Assembly: GCA_045601765.1 (NCBI GenBank) | Contig: JAZSAG010000062.1 | Location: 1-47,159, forward strand | From: Candidatus Enterousia sp. | Lineage (GTDB): Bacteria > Pseudomonadota > Alphaproteobacteria > Rs-D84 | DNA length: 47,159 nt | Reading direction: 5' to 3' | Shown: positions 1 through 8,619 of the stretch, one piece after another | Numbering within the stretch: position 1 is the first letter of the stretch | Layout: every line of letters begins with the position of its first letter | Notes under the pieces: generated by a model | Database searches by the model: none | Seen by the model: the letters and a program-made list of their open reading frames with translations, nothing else | What the model was told of the DNA's origin: nothing | Made by a program: the position numbers and the translations under genes

Positions 1-66
1 ATGGCTACGATCCGACTTTATATTACAGTACTATACGTAACCACAACAAACAAAAGGAGAAAATAA

Positions 67-624
67 ATGAAAAATTTAACAAAAAAAATCATAACTTTTG
101 CATCTGTATTGGGTGCGGTTGTTTTGCTGGCTGGGTGTGCAACAAACTGTCCAGATAAAAAGCATCATCATATGAAAAAACATACTTATCAGGCACAACC
201 TGTAGAGTTAATAGAATCTGATACAATTGTTGTTTATCAGACGCATACAGATGCAGATGTAAATCATGTTTATGCGAAAATGTACACGCACAGCAGCCAT
301 GGTGGTCAATCAAAAATGGGACATATCAAATTCCGTGAAACAGACAATGGTTTGAAAATGGAAGTTGATTTGAAAGATTTAAGACCAGGTGTTCCATATG
401 ACGTTCGTTTGTATCAATGCGGAACATGTTATAATGATGCAAAATGTTGCAATAACGCGCATTTGATGAATGTTAAATTACCAATGTTGCAGGCAGGTGA
501 AAGCCGTCATTTAAAACAGACTTATATGATTCAGGGCCTGAATGCGGCACAAATCAACGGTGCTAATATCTATCTGGAACGTGATGGTGGATATAAGGCA
601 GGTTGGGGCAAATTAGAAAAATAA
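67..624 (+). CDS. Lipoprotein with a Cu/Zn superoxide dismutase-like fold, metal ligands apparently lost
   Basis: Lipobox LLAG|C and SD AAGGAG upstream. 'GHIKFRETDNGLKMEVDLKDLRPG' resembles the N-terminal strands of SodC, but there is no GFHIH motif. Confidence 0.55.
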   Translation: MKNLTKKIITFASVLGAVVLLAGCATNCPDKKHHHMKKHTYQAQPVELIESDTIVVYQTHTDADVNHVYAKMYTHSSHGGQSKMGHIKFRETDNGLKMEVDLKDLRPGVPYDVRLYQCGTCYNDAKCCNNAHLMNVKLPMLQAGESRHLKQTYMIQGLNAAQINGANIYLERDGGYKAGWGKLEK

Positions 625-643
625 TATTGTCTGACTAAAATGC

Positions 644-674
644 AAAAAAACACCCGAATTTGGGTGTTTTTTTT
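644..674. terminator. Bidirectional intrinsic terminator
   Basis: AAAAAAACACCC-GAATTT-GGGTGTTTTTTTT hairpin just after the stop at 624. Confidence 0.8.
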
Positions 675-726
675 ATTATGTTTTTTACTTTAAGAAAATA
701 TTCTTATGTGCTAAGATTTTGCCGTG

Positions 727-2277
727 ATGAAGGTTCTAAGGAGTTTTTGCTTTGCAGCAATGTTTATAAGCAGTGCCTGTTGTGCGTTTGGCGCAGATAT
801 TATTGCGTCTGATGTAAATGGTGGTGTTGCATTTTTTAGGAATGATAAGATTGTTTTAGATGGTGTGATCGTTAATCCAAATAATTTATTTATAGAAAAT
901 TTAATAACTGTTGAAAATCATGGAAATATTCAGACGAATATTAATATAACAGATGGGGCAAAATTGTATCTTAGAAATACAGGAAATGTCGATTCTGTGT
1001 TTAGTTTGGGCAGTGGGGCGACGTTATATCATAAAATTACAAACCAAGATGAATTAAAATGGATTGATTTTGGGGTAAATTATACAGCCTATATAGACAG
1101 TACAGATATGTTGTCTTTGACGGATGTTGTCGCGGTTACAAACGATTCGGATAAGATATTTATACAAAATACAACAATGACTATTAATGGTATGCCAGAT
1201 AATACATCAAAGCATGTTGAACTGGGTGAAAATGTGACGTTTGTTTTGGATGGGTTTTCTGGGGTGTATGAAGGTGTGGTTTTAGAGTACGTAAGTGGTA
1301 CGTCCAATGTAGTGTTTGTGTATGGTAATGAAAATGAAATGTTTTCTGATTATGGGTATATAAAAAATAATAAATTATATGTCGGGCATGTGCGTGAAAC
1401 AGATTATGAGAAAATATTTAATAATGATTTAGGACGATTTTTAAATAAAGTTCGTATGGATAATAGTAGCGATTCGTTGTTCGTGCGGCTGGATAATGCG
1501 TTAAGTATGCATGAATTGAAAGATATTATGCAAGAATCAGTATTATTTAATCCAGATGTTTTATTTGCGCCATTACGTATAATGAATGATTTAAATTTTG
1601 CAGATATGGATAATACCCGTGGTAATGTCAGTGGGAATTTGTTTGGTTTTAATTCAGATAAATTCTATGCGTATGGGATTGGTGCAAAAATAGGGTTTGA
1701 TATATTAGAAAATCTTGATGGGTATGCATCTGTTCAATTGGGAACGATTGAATATTTAAGTGATATAGATGCATTTGGTGGGGAATTATATGGTCTTAAT
1801 ATAGGGGTCAGATACACAACAGAAAATAATATGTTTCTGCGTGGTGATTTTGGGTTGTTTAGTGTTGATACTGATATGAATGCGGTTTTTTATAATAATA
1901 AGAAAATTGAATATCCTTGTGCGGATTCTGGGTATTTGAATATTGATGTGGGACGCGTTTTGTCGTATGACGATAATATTACAATTTCCCCATTTGTTGG
2001 GTTGCGAATGGAAAATTATTCTGTGGGTAATTACAGTGAATCTGATACAGGTTTATATGCCGGGGCAGATATTGATTTTGATGTGGAATATTCTGGAATA
2101 AAATATGTATACGCATTACGTAGTGCATTTGATACAGATATGACGTATATGTTAAATGGTAAAATTGGTTTCTGGTCGGTCACAGATGCACTGGGTGGTG
2201 ATGTTTCTTTGTCATTGACTAATTCACAAGATGTGATGTCTTATAAAATATCTGTGAATACGCAAATTTCTTTTTAA
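727..2277 (+). CDS. Putative autotransporter-like outer-membrane protein
   Basis: Signal peptide (...ACCAFGA), Asn/Ile-rich beta passenger-like N-half, amphipathic aromatic strands in the C-half and terminal Phe (VNTQISF). Start is ATG 727 or GTG 724. Confidence 0.55.
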   Translation: MKVLRSFCFAAMFISSACCAFGADIIASDVNGGVAFFRNDKIVLDGVIVNPNNLFIENLITVENHGNIQTNINITDGAKLYLRNTGNVDSVFSLGSGATLYHKITNQDELKWIDFGVNYTAYIDSTDMLSLTDVVAVTNDSDKIFIQNTTMTINGMPDNTSKHVELGENVTFVLDGFSGVYEGVVLEYVSGTSNVVFVYGNENEMFSDYGYIKNNKLYVGHVRETDYEKIFNNDLGRFLNKVRMDNSSDSLFVRLDNALSMHELKDIMQESVLFNPDVLFAPLRIMNDLNFADMDNTRGNVSGNLFGFNSDKFYAYGIGAKIGFDILENLDGYASVQLGTIEYLSDIDAFGGELYGLNIGVRYTTENNMFLRGDFGLFSVDTDMNAVFYNNKKIEYPCADSGYLNIDVGRVLSYDDNITISPFVGLRMENYSVGNYSESDTGLYAGADIDFDVEYSGIKYVYALRSAFDTDMTYMLNGKIGFWSVTDALGGDVSLSLTNSQDVMSYKISVNTQISF

Positions 2278-3575
2278 ACAATTTTTCCGCGCAATGATGC
2301 CTTGTTTGCCGCCGTAATTTGAATCTGGGCCAAGGTTGGGGCAGGGGCATCATTTGGTATTTGTACAATACATTGCTGCATATATGGCGTGCGATAAATG
2401 TAATGTTTGCCGGTTTTGTCCGGACCTTCTAGCAGGCATTCCATTGTTTTATCAATGCAAGATTCATTAAAACTGCGTTGTAATTCGTTTAGTTTTTCGT
2501 CCAGTATGGCCAGGCGTTGCGCCTTGATGTTTTCTGGTATTTGGTCTGGCATTATTGCTGCCGCAGTATGTGGACGTGGTGAATACTTAAATGAATATGA
2601 ATTTATGTATTTTATTTCGTCTGCGATTTTCATAGTTTGTTCAAAATCATCGTCTGTTTCACCAGGAAAACCGACAATAAAATCAGAAGATATCTGAATG
2701 TCTGGGCGCGCAATACGCAGTTTGCGCACAATGTCTGTATATAATTCCAAACTGTATGGTCTGTTCATGCGTTGCAATACATTTTGTGAACCGCTTTGTA
2801 TCGGCATGTTTAAAAATGGTAATAATTTAGGCTCGGTGGCGAACATATCTATTAAGTCATCTGTCATTTCGGTCGGATAACTGGATGTAAAGCGTATGCG
2901 TTTTATGGTGTCTATTTTTGCTGTTTCGCGAATTAAATCAGACAGTCGATATGTTTTGCCCGATTCGTCAATATATTTATATCCGTTTACGTTTTGGCCC
3001 AAGAAACATATTTCAACCGCACCAGTCTGGGCGGCATGCAAAGTGTCGCGCATGACATCGTCAAAACTGCGGGACAGTTCACGACCCCGTGTGTATGGCA
3101 CAATACAGTATGTGCAAACGTGATTGCAGCCTTCTTGGATAGGAATGTATGTGACGGTTGGACTGGAAATCATCTGTGGCATTTCGTCAAATTTTTCCAG
3201 GCCACCTAAATCAATATTTAATAATCTGGCATCTGGGTTATCCAAAATTTGTGGCAGTTTATGATAACTTTGTGGACCCAATACAAAATTTAAATCAGGA
3301 ATTCTGCGAAACGCGGTTGCGCCAGCCTCGCGGGCAACACAGCCAACAATGCCAAACAGGGCAGATGGCTTTTTTGCACGTCTGATACGCCCAAGGGCGG
3401 AAAATACTTTATCTGTTGCCTTGGCACGTACGGCACATGTATTTAATATAATAATATCTGCATCATGTACGTTATCTGTTTGCGTCATGCCACGATGCTG
3501 TAACATCGCCGCAATACGCCAACTGTCGTATACGTTCATTTGACAACCAAAGGTTTGAATAAAGAATTTTTTCAT
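2274..3575 (-). CDS. miaB: tRNA-2-methylthio-N6-dimethylallyladenosine synthase MiaB
   Basis: TFGCQMNVYDS, NTCAVR, radical-SAM motif CNHVCTYC, DFIVGFPGET, FKYSPRPHT. Start taken at MKKFF (3575). Confidence 0.95.
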   Translation of the reverse strand: MKKFFIQTFGCQMNVYDSWRIAAMLQHRGMTQTDNVHDADIIILNTCAVRAKATDKVFSALGRIRRAKKPSALFGIVGCVAREAGATAFRRIPDLNFVLGPQSYHKLPQILDNPDARLLNIDLGGLEKFDEMPQMISSPTVTYIPIQEGCNHVCTYCIVPYTRGRELSRSFDDVMRDTLHAAQTGAVEICFLGQNVNGYKYIDESGKTYRLSDLIRETAKIDTIKRIRFTSSYPTEMTDDLIDMFATEPKLLPFLNMPIQSGSQNVLQRMNRPYSLELYTDIVRKLRIARPDIQISSDFIVGFPGETDDDFEQTMKIADEIKYINSYSFKYSPRPHTAAAIMPDQIPENIKAQRLAILDEKLNELQRSFNESCIDKTMECLLEGPDKTGKHYIYRTPYMQQCIVQIPNDAPAPTLAQIQITAANKASLRGKIV

Positions 3576-3579
3576 GGTG

Positions 3580-4008
3580 CTATTTATGTCTGGTGTTGTT
3601 ATACATTCTTTGAATGCGTTTTTGTTGTGTGCGATTAAATTGCTGAGCCATATTTTTTGTATGATATTTGCGTGCACGGCTTTCTTCCAAAGATATGTTG
3701 TTTTCAGGTAATATCAGGTTGCCTGGATTTTCAAGCATTTCAGGTATATTTTCTAATATCATTTCTTCATGTATATCGGCCTGAATTTCGTGTGATTTAG
3801 CAAGTAATTCGTTTGTTAATCCCGTTGAAGATACTGCAGTTTCAGATAATACAAGTATTTTTGGGTTTTCAAGTGTTTTCGGAATGTTTATTACGATGTT
3901 TTTTTCCTGAATACCGTTTTCAATCCGAAATTTTGTTATTTCAGCAAGTATTTCGTTTTTGTATTCTTCTAATAAAGCGTGTACTAAAGCACGTAAAACA
4001 ACACTCAT
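3580..4008 (-). CDS. Hypothetical protein, acidic core with basic C-terminal tail
   Basis: 142-aa ORF packed between a small ORF and miaB; ends ...RIQRMYNNTRHK. Confidence 0.6.
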   Translation of the reverse strand: MSVVLRALVHALLEEYKNEILAEITKFRIENGIQEKNIVINIPKTLENPKILVLSETAVSSTGLTNELLAKSHEIQADIHEEMILENIPEMLENPGNLILPENNISLEESRARKYHTKNMAQQFNRTQQKRIQRMYNNTRHK

Positions 4009-4012
4009 TTTT

Positions 4013-4186
4013 TTACTTTTGTCTGATTCTGGTGTTTTGTAATTGTTTTATATATCTTTTGTTCATTACTTTTTGTTTGTTTGTGTTTGGACGACCTGTG
4101 TGTACGGGTGGGTTCGGAATCTCAACTACACCGTATTCAACGCCTGTGATATGATTGTTGCCTGTGATTGTTAAAACTTTTGTCAT
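4013..4186 (-). CDS. Small hypothetical protein (57 aa), absent from the ORF track
   Basis: Read manually: MTKVLTITGNNHITGVEYGVVEIPNPPVHTGRPNTNKQKVMNKRYIKQLQNTRIRQK*. SD AAAGGA lies just after the gatB stop and the ORF fills the gap exactly. Confidence 0.6.
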   Translation of the reverse strand: MTKVLTITGNNHITGVEYGVVEIPNPPVHTGRPNTNKQKVMNKRYIKQLQNTRIRQK

Positions 4187-4201
4187 TGTTTAATCCTTTT
4201 G

Positions 4202-5722
4202 TTATGCTAATTTTTTACGTAATATTTCATTTACAACGGCTGGGTTCGCAGTGCCACCTGTTTTCTTCATTACATTACCGACAAAGAATCCAAGTAAACC
4301 GACTTTGCCAGATTTATATTGTTCAACCTGGGGTTGGTTTGCGGCGATAACTTCATCAACAATCGATTCGATTGCGCCGGTGTCTGTCATCTGTTTCATG
4401 CCGAATTTGTCTGCAATACTACGCGGTGTGCCCGATTCGCCATCCAACATTTTGATAAAGATTTCTTTGGCCTGTTTTCCGTTAATTGTGTTTTCAGATA
4501 ACATATCAACCAGTTCTGCTAAATCAGATGGTGTGATAATGCGCATGCCGTCAATAATGCCGGATTTTTCGTTCTTTTCATCCCAATTTTCTGGGTGCGC
4601 GAACAGTTCTGATATCATCCAGTTTGCAACGGCCTTGGCACGTTTGGCATCGCCACACACCGCAGAATCATACCAATGTGAAATGTCAACCGTTTCCGTC
4701 AGGCGGTTCGCGTCATATTCAGACAGCCCGAAATCATGCGTATAGCGCGCGCGCGTCGCAGATGGTAATTCTGGCATAGTGCGACGAATATGTTCAATTT
4801 GTTCGTCTGTTATTTCAATAGGCAACAAATCTGGGTCTGGGAAATAACGATAGTCCAGTGCGTCTTCTTTGCTGCGCATTACAGATGTTGTGCCGTCGTC
4901 TTGGTGAAAACGCATTGTGTCTTGGCTGATTGTGCCACCGTTTTCATATATTTCAATTTGGCGACGGGCCTCGTATTCAATGGCTGTTTTGATAAATTTA
5001 AATGAAACCATGTTTTTTGTTTCTGTACGTGTGCGGAATTCTTTTGAACCAACTGGGCGAACAGATACGTTTACGTCCGCACGCATGGAACCTTCTTCCA
5101 TGTTTGCGCGTGATACGCCCAATGCACGTGCGATTTCACGAATCGCGCGCAGATATCTTTCGGCCTCGTCTGGGGATGAAATATAAGAATTGTTTTCAGG
5201 ATTTTTTGTGTCCAGGAAAGTAACGATTTCCAACAGCATTACCCCCGTACGGTTAAAGTCTACGAATGATTTTGTTGGATGTATGTCGTGTTTGTTTTTT
5301 GCCGCGTCTTGTTCCATGTGGGCGCGTTCAATAAATATCTTTTTAGGGTTGCCGTCATCGCCCATGATTTCTACCCAACCACGTCCAACCACAGGTGGTT
5401 GATCTGCGGGTTGTGAAATCTGATAGCCTTGGGGCAGGTCAGGGTAAAAGTATTGTTTACGCGCAAAACAACTGCGGTGGGATATTTCGGCATTCAGGCC
5501 CAAACCCATTTTAATTGCCTGTTCAACACAATATTTATTTAATACTGGTAACATCCCAGGCATTGCGACATCAATCATTGAAACCTGGGTGTTGGGGGCA
5601 ACGGTTGGATTATAGTCCGCGGATGCACCACTGAACAATTTTGATTTAGACAGTACCTCTATGTGTGTTTCCAGCCCAATTACGACTTCCCATTCGCCTG
5701 TTTTGCCTTTTATTGTAAACAT
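4202..5722 (-). CDS. gatB: Asp/Glu-tRNA amidotransferase subunit B
   Basis: VIGLETHIE, YFYPDLPQGYQISQ, MEEGSMRADVNVS, MRSKEDALDYRYFPDPDL, GFFVGNVMK. Confidence 0.97.
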   Translation of the reverse strand: MFTIKGKTGEWEVVIGLETHIEVLSKSKLFSGASADYNPTVAPNTQVSMIDVAMPGMLPVLNKYCVEQAIKMGLGLNAEISHRSCFARKQYFYPDLPQGYQISQPADQPPVVGRGWVEIMGDDGNPKKIFIERAHMEQDAAKNKHDIHPTKSFVDFNRTGVMLLEIVTFLDTKNPENNSYISSPDEAERYLRAIREIARALGVSRANMEEGSMRADVNVSVRPVGSKEFRTRTETKNMVSFKFIKTAIEYEARRQIEIYENGGTISQDTMRFHQDDGTTSVMRSKEDALDYRYFPDPDLLPIEITDEQIEHIRRTMPELPSATRARYTHDFGLSEYDANRLTETVDISHWYDSAVCGDAKRAKAVANWMISELFAHPENWDEKNEKSGIIDGMRIITPSDLAELVDMLSENTINGKQAKEIFIKMLDGESGTPRSIADKFGMKQMTDTGAIESIVDEVIAANQPQVEQYKSGKVGLLGFFVGNVMKKTGGTANPAVVNEILRKKLA

Positions 5723-5736
5723 TTTGTCTTTTTCCC

Positions 5737-5765
5737 TTGCTTTTTTGGTTTTAGTGTCTTATTAT
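5737..5765 (+). promoter_or_regulatory. Sigma70-like promoter for tRNA-Phe
   Basis: TTGCTT-N17-TATTAT ending 12 nt upstream of the tRNA. Confidence 0.5.
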
Positions 5766-5777
5766 TCTTTCCGCGTT

Positions 5778-5853
5778 GGCTAGGTAGCTCAGTTGGTAGA
5801 GCAAGGGACTGAAAATCCCTGTGTCGGCGGTTCGATTCCGTCCCTAGCCACCA
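5778..5853 (+). tRNA. tRNA-Phe(GAA)
   Basis: 76 nt; acceptor stem GGCTAGG/CCTAGCC plus ACCA; D-arm TAGCTCAGTTGGTAGAGC; anticodon loop CTGAAAA; T-loop GGTTCGATTCC. Confidence 0.97.
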
Positions 5854-5863
5854 TCTCCTTTCT

Positions 5864-5890
5864 AAATGCGACCGTATTGGTCGTTTTTTT
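5864..5890 (+). terminator. Intrinsic terminator after tRNA-Phe
   Basis: CGACC-GTATT-GGTCG followed by T7. Confidence 0.7.
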
Positions 5891-5924
5891 ATTAGACAAG
5901 AAGATGTGCGTTAAATTCATATCT

Positions 5925-7391
5925 TTATTTCCCCATAATTGTTGTTGGGCGGTTGTTAATGTGTGCCGCTGTTTCAATGTGCTTGGCCAATTGCAGAACA
6001 CGCATATCGTCAAAACGACGGCCGACAACCTGTATCCCCAGTGGCAGACCATTTTGTGCCACACCACATGGTACACTGCACGCAGGTACACCCGCCAGAT
6101 TCATTGCAACCGTGAATAAATCCAGGGCGTAATATTCCAATGGTGTTAAATCTGAATTTAATGTCATCGCAGTGCCAGCACTGGATGGGCATACGATTAA
6201 ATCACATTGTTCAAATGCCGCGTTAAAACTGTCTGAAATCATACGACGAACGCGGGCGGCCTGCATGAAATATACATCGTATGATTCACTGGATAATACC
6301 GCGGTCCCAATAATCATACGGCGTTGAACCTCGTCACCAAAGCCGGCGGCACGTGTCTTTTTAAATGTGTCATAGATATCTTTGCCTTCGATGCGCAGAC
6401 CATAACGCATGCCGTCATACCGCGCCAGGTTTGATGATGCCTCGGCCGGGGCAATGATGTAATATGCCGCCAATGCATCCAAGATATTTGGAATTGATAC
6501 TTCTATAATTTCGGCGCCCATAGATTTTAAATCAGCAATACGGGCATCAAATAATTTTTTCATGTCTGGCGAAATTTCAACATTTGCAAATTCTTTGATG
6601 ATGCCAACACGTAACTTTTTACCATCGCCCAAGACGGGTGTCAGTGGCGCGGTACAGGTAAAGTTATTTTGTGCACTGGTTGAATCTTTGGGGTCGTGTC
6701 CCGCCATCACAGATAACATTAACGCAGTGTCATCAACAGTGCGTGCAATTGGACCGGGGGTGTCCAAACTGGATGCAAATGCGATACAGCCCCAACGTGA
6801 ACACAGACCGTATGTAGGCTTCATGCCAACCATGCCGGTGATTGCAGATGGAAAGCGAATAGATCCGCCCGTGTCGGTCCCTGTGGCCGCAATGGCAAGC
6901 CCTCCTGCGACCGCAGATGTAGAACCACCAGATGAACCGCCGGCAGTTAAATTTTTATCCATTTGCCATGGATTAACCGGGGCACCAAAGAAACTGGTCT
7001 TGCTGAATGTGCCCATCGCAAATTCGTCCAGATTTGCCTTGCCCAGTAATACTGTACCTGCATCAATTAAATTTTGTGAAACAGTTGATTCATATTCTGG
7101 AACAAAGTTTTCCAACATGCGTGATGCCGCCGTCGTACGAATGCCACGTGTTGCAAATAAATCTTTCATTGCAATTGGCATGCCGTCCAGAGGCAGGACA
7201 TCGCCCGCCGCACGTCGCGCATCAGATGCCGCCGCATCAGACAATGCACGTTCAGGTGTTGTGGTGATATAGCAATTTAAATCAGCACCATATTTTTCAA
7301 TGCGGTCCAGATATGCACGTGTTAATTCAACGGCACTTATTTCCCCGCTGTTTAATTTTTCTAAGGCTTCTGTTAGTGTCAGGTTAATCAT
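5925..7391 (-). CDS. gatA: Asp/Glu-tRNA amidotransferase subunit A
   Basis: Amidase signature GGSSGGS...GTDTGGSIRFP, GKANLDEFAMG, ASSNLARYDGMRYG, GFGDEVQRR. Confidence 0.97.
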   Translation of the reverse strand: MINLTLTEALEKLNSGEISAVELTRAYLDRIEKYGADLNCYITTTPERALSDAAASDARRAAGDVLPLDGMPIAMKDLFATRGIRTTAASRMLENFVPEYESTVSQNLIDAGTVLLGKANLDEFAMGTFSKTSFFGAPVNPWQMDKNLTAGGSSGGSTSAVAGGLAIAATGTDTGGSIRFPSAITGMVGMKPTYGLCSRWGCIAFASSLDTPGPIARTVDDTALMLSVMAGHDPKDSTSAQNNFTCTAPLTPVLGDGKKLRVGIIKEFANVEISPDMKKLFDARIADLKSMGAEIIEVSIPNILDALAAYYIIAPAEASSNLARYDGMRYGLRIEGKDIYDTFKKTRAAGFGDEVQRRMIIGTAVLSSESYDVYFMQAARVRRMISDSFNAAFEQCDLIVCPSSAGTAMTLNSDLTPLEYYALDLFTVAMNLAGVPACSVPCGVAQNGLPLGIQVVGRRFDDMRVLQLAKHIETAAHINNRPTTIMGK

Positions 7392-7801
7392 TTTTGCTTT
7401 CCGTAATGTTGTGGGAACAATATTGCACCCAATGTTTGCTTAATAAAATTGTCTTGGCATTTTCCCGCCCGCAGGTTACGTGCACAACAGTTGACCTTGG
7501 CAATGTCCGAAGGAATACATTTTGCGCATTGGGGCATACTGTCCGGATAAAACATGCCAGATATATTTAACCAACTGAAATGTTCGTTGTTATATGGACC
7601 AAAATGTGTCCATTCTTCGAATTCAATACTGGCAGATTTAATACATGCATTTGGTGCAGGTTTGTTTGAATGAAATTTACTTATAATTTGATGTGCCTGT
7701 TCAGTCGTTACAAAACCCAATTGATATGTGTGTGACATAAAACTGTCATATTGGTCTGGAACCGTGAATTTTACAGGAACTTTTTTCGGTTTTTTTTGCA
7801 T
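7388..7801 (-). CDS. Cys-rich hypothetical protein inserted between gatC and gatA
   Basis: 137-aa ORF overlapping the gatA start (ATGA-type coupling); CAKC, CC and GKC; ends ...HYGKQK. Confidence 0.65.
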   Translation of the reverse strand: MQKKPKKVPVKFTVPDQYDSFMSHTYQLGFVTTEQAHQIISKFHSNKPAPNACIKSASIEFEEWTHFGPYNNEHFSWLNISGMFYPDSMPQCAKCIPSDIAKVNCCARNLRAGKCQDNFIKQTLGAILFPQHYGKQK

Positions 7802-7803
7802 GT

Positions 7804-8100
7804 TTATTCACCGTCCATAATTTTTGGTACCGCAAAATATCCACGTGAAGTGCCCGCGTCATCGGGTGTGTTTGCCAATACTAAATCACGAATGTTACCG
7901 TCTGTGACAACGTCATCACGTTGGGGTAATTTGTGCTCTGCTGGGTTTAATAGTGGTTCAACCCCGGTTGTATCAATTTGTTGTAATTTGTCCAGCCATT
8001 CTATTACAGAATCAATATTCATCTGTTCCAGTTTTTCGTCTGAAATTTCTATTTTGATTAAGTCAGCGAATTTTTGTAATTGTTGCTTGCTAAATGCCAT
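7804..8100 (-). CDS. gatC: Asp/Glu-tRNA amidotransferase subunit C
   Basis: IDTTGVEPL, RDDVVTDG, GYFAVPKI; located upstream of gatA. Confidence 0.92.
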   Translation of the reverse strand: MAFSKQQLQKFADLIKIEISDEKLEQMNIDSVIEWLDKLQQIDTTGVEPLLNPAEHKLPQRDDVVTDGNIRDLVLANTPDDAGTSRGYFAVPKIMDGE

Positions 8101-8136
8101 TTTCAATCCTATATTAAAAACAAAAGGAATTATACA

Positions 8137-8586
8137 ATGATTTTACCAGATTTCAAGGCTTTTCCACGTCAGGGACGTTTGTTGGGAATTGATTGGGGAC
8201 AAAGACGTATCGGGGTGGCCGTGTCTGATGAAAAGCGCAATTTTGTTTTTGTGCGGTCGGCAATTGTGTTGCAACGTGGGGCGACTAACCATGCAAATTT
8301 AGTCGCGGCAATCGCAAAAAATGAGGCTGTGACGGGAATTATTGTGGGACTGCCGGTGTTTAATGATGGTACAGACAGTGATACAACAAAAATGGTGCGT
8401 GGATTTATAAACGAATTAGCAGAAATAACAGAATTGCCAATTTGTGTACTGGAAGAAAATTTGACGTCTGTGACGGCCCAGGAAAATATGGGGCGTGTAC
8501 GTGTGCATGATTTAAAAGAAAAATTAGATTCTGAATCTGCACGTGTTATTTTGGAAAATGCAATTGCAATGATAAACCGGGCCTAA
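8137..8586 (+). CDS. ruvX: Holliday junction resolvase-like / pre-16S rRNA nuclease RuvX (YqgF)
   Basis: LLGIDWGQRRIGVAVSD, IIVGLP, EENLTS, LDSESARVILE; divergent from gatC as in many alphaproteobacteria. ATG 8137 follows SD AAAGGA. Confidence 0.9.
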   Translation: MILPDFKAFPRQGRLLGIDWGQRRIGVAVSDEKRNFVFVRSAIVLQRGATNHANLVAAIAKNEAVTGIIVGLPVFNDGTDSDTTKMVRGFINELAEITELPICVLEENLTSVTAQENMGRVRVHDLKEKLDSESARVILENAIAMINRA

Positions 8587-8619
8587 GGTAAAAAGCCCGG
8601 TTTTATTGCGTATAGCGGT

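Noticed and set aside
5778-5853. tRNA as integration site of a genomic island
   Set aside because: No integrase and no duplicated tRNA 3' end seen; the flanks are gatA and gatB.
5789-6119. ORFs 5789-6091 (-) and 5793-6119 (+)
   Set aside because: Shadows of tRNA-Phe and the gatA 3' end.
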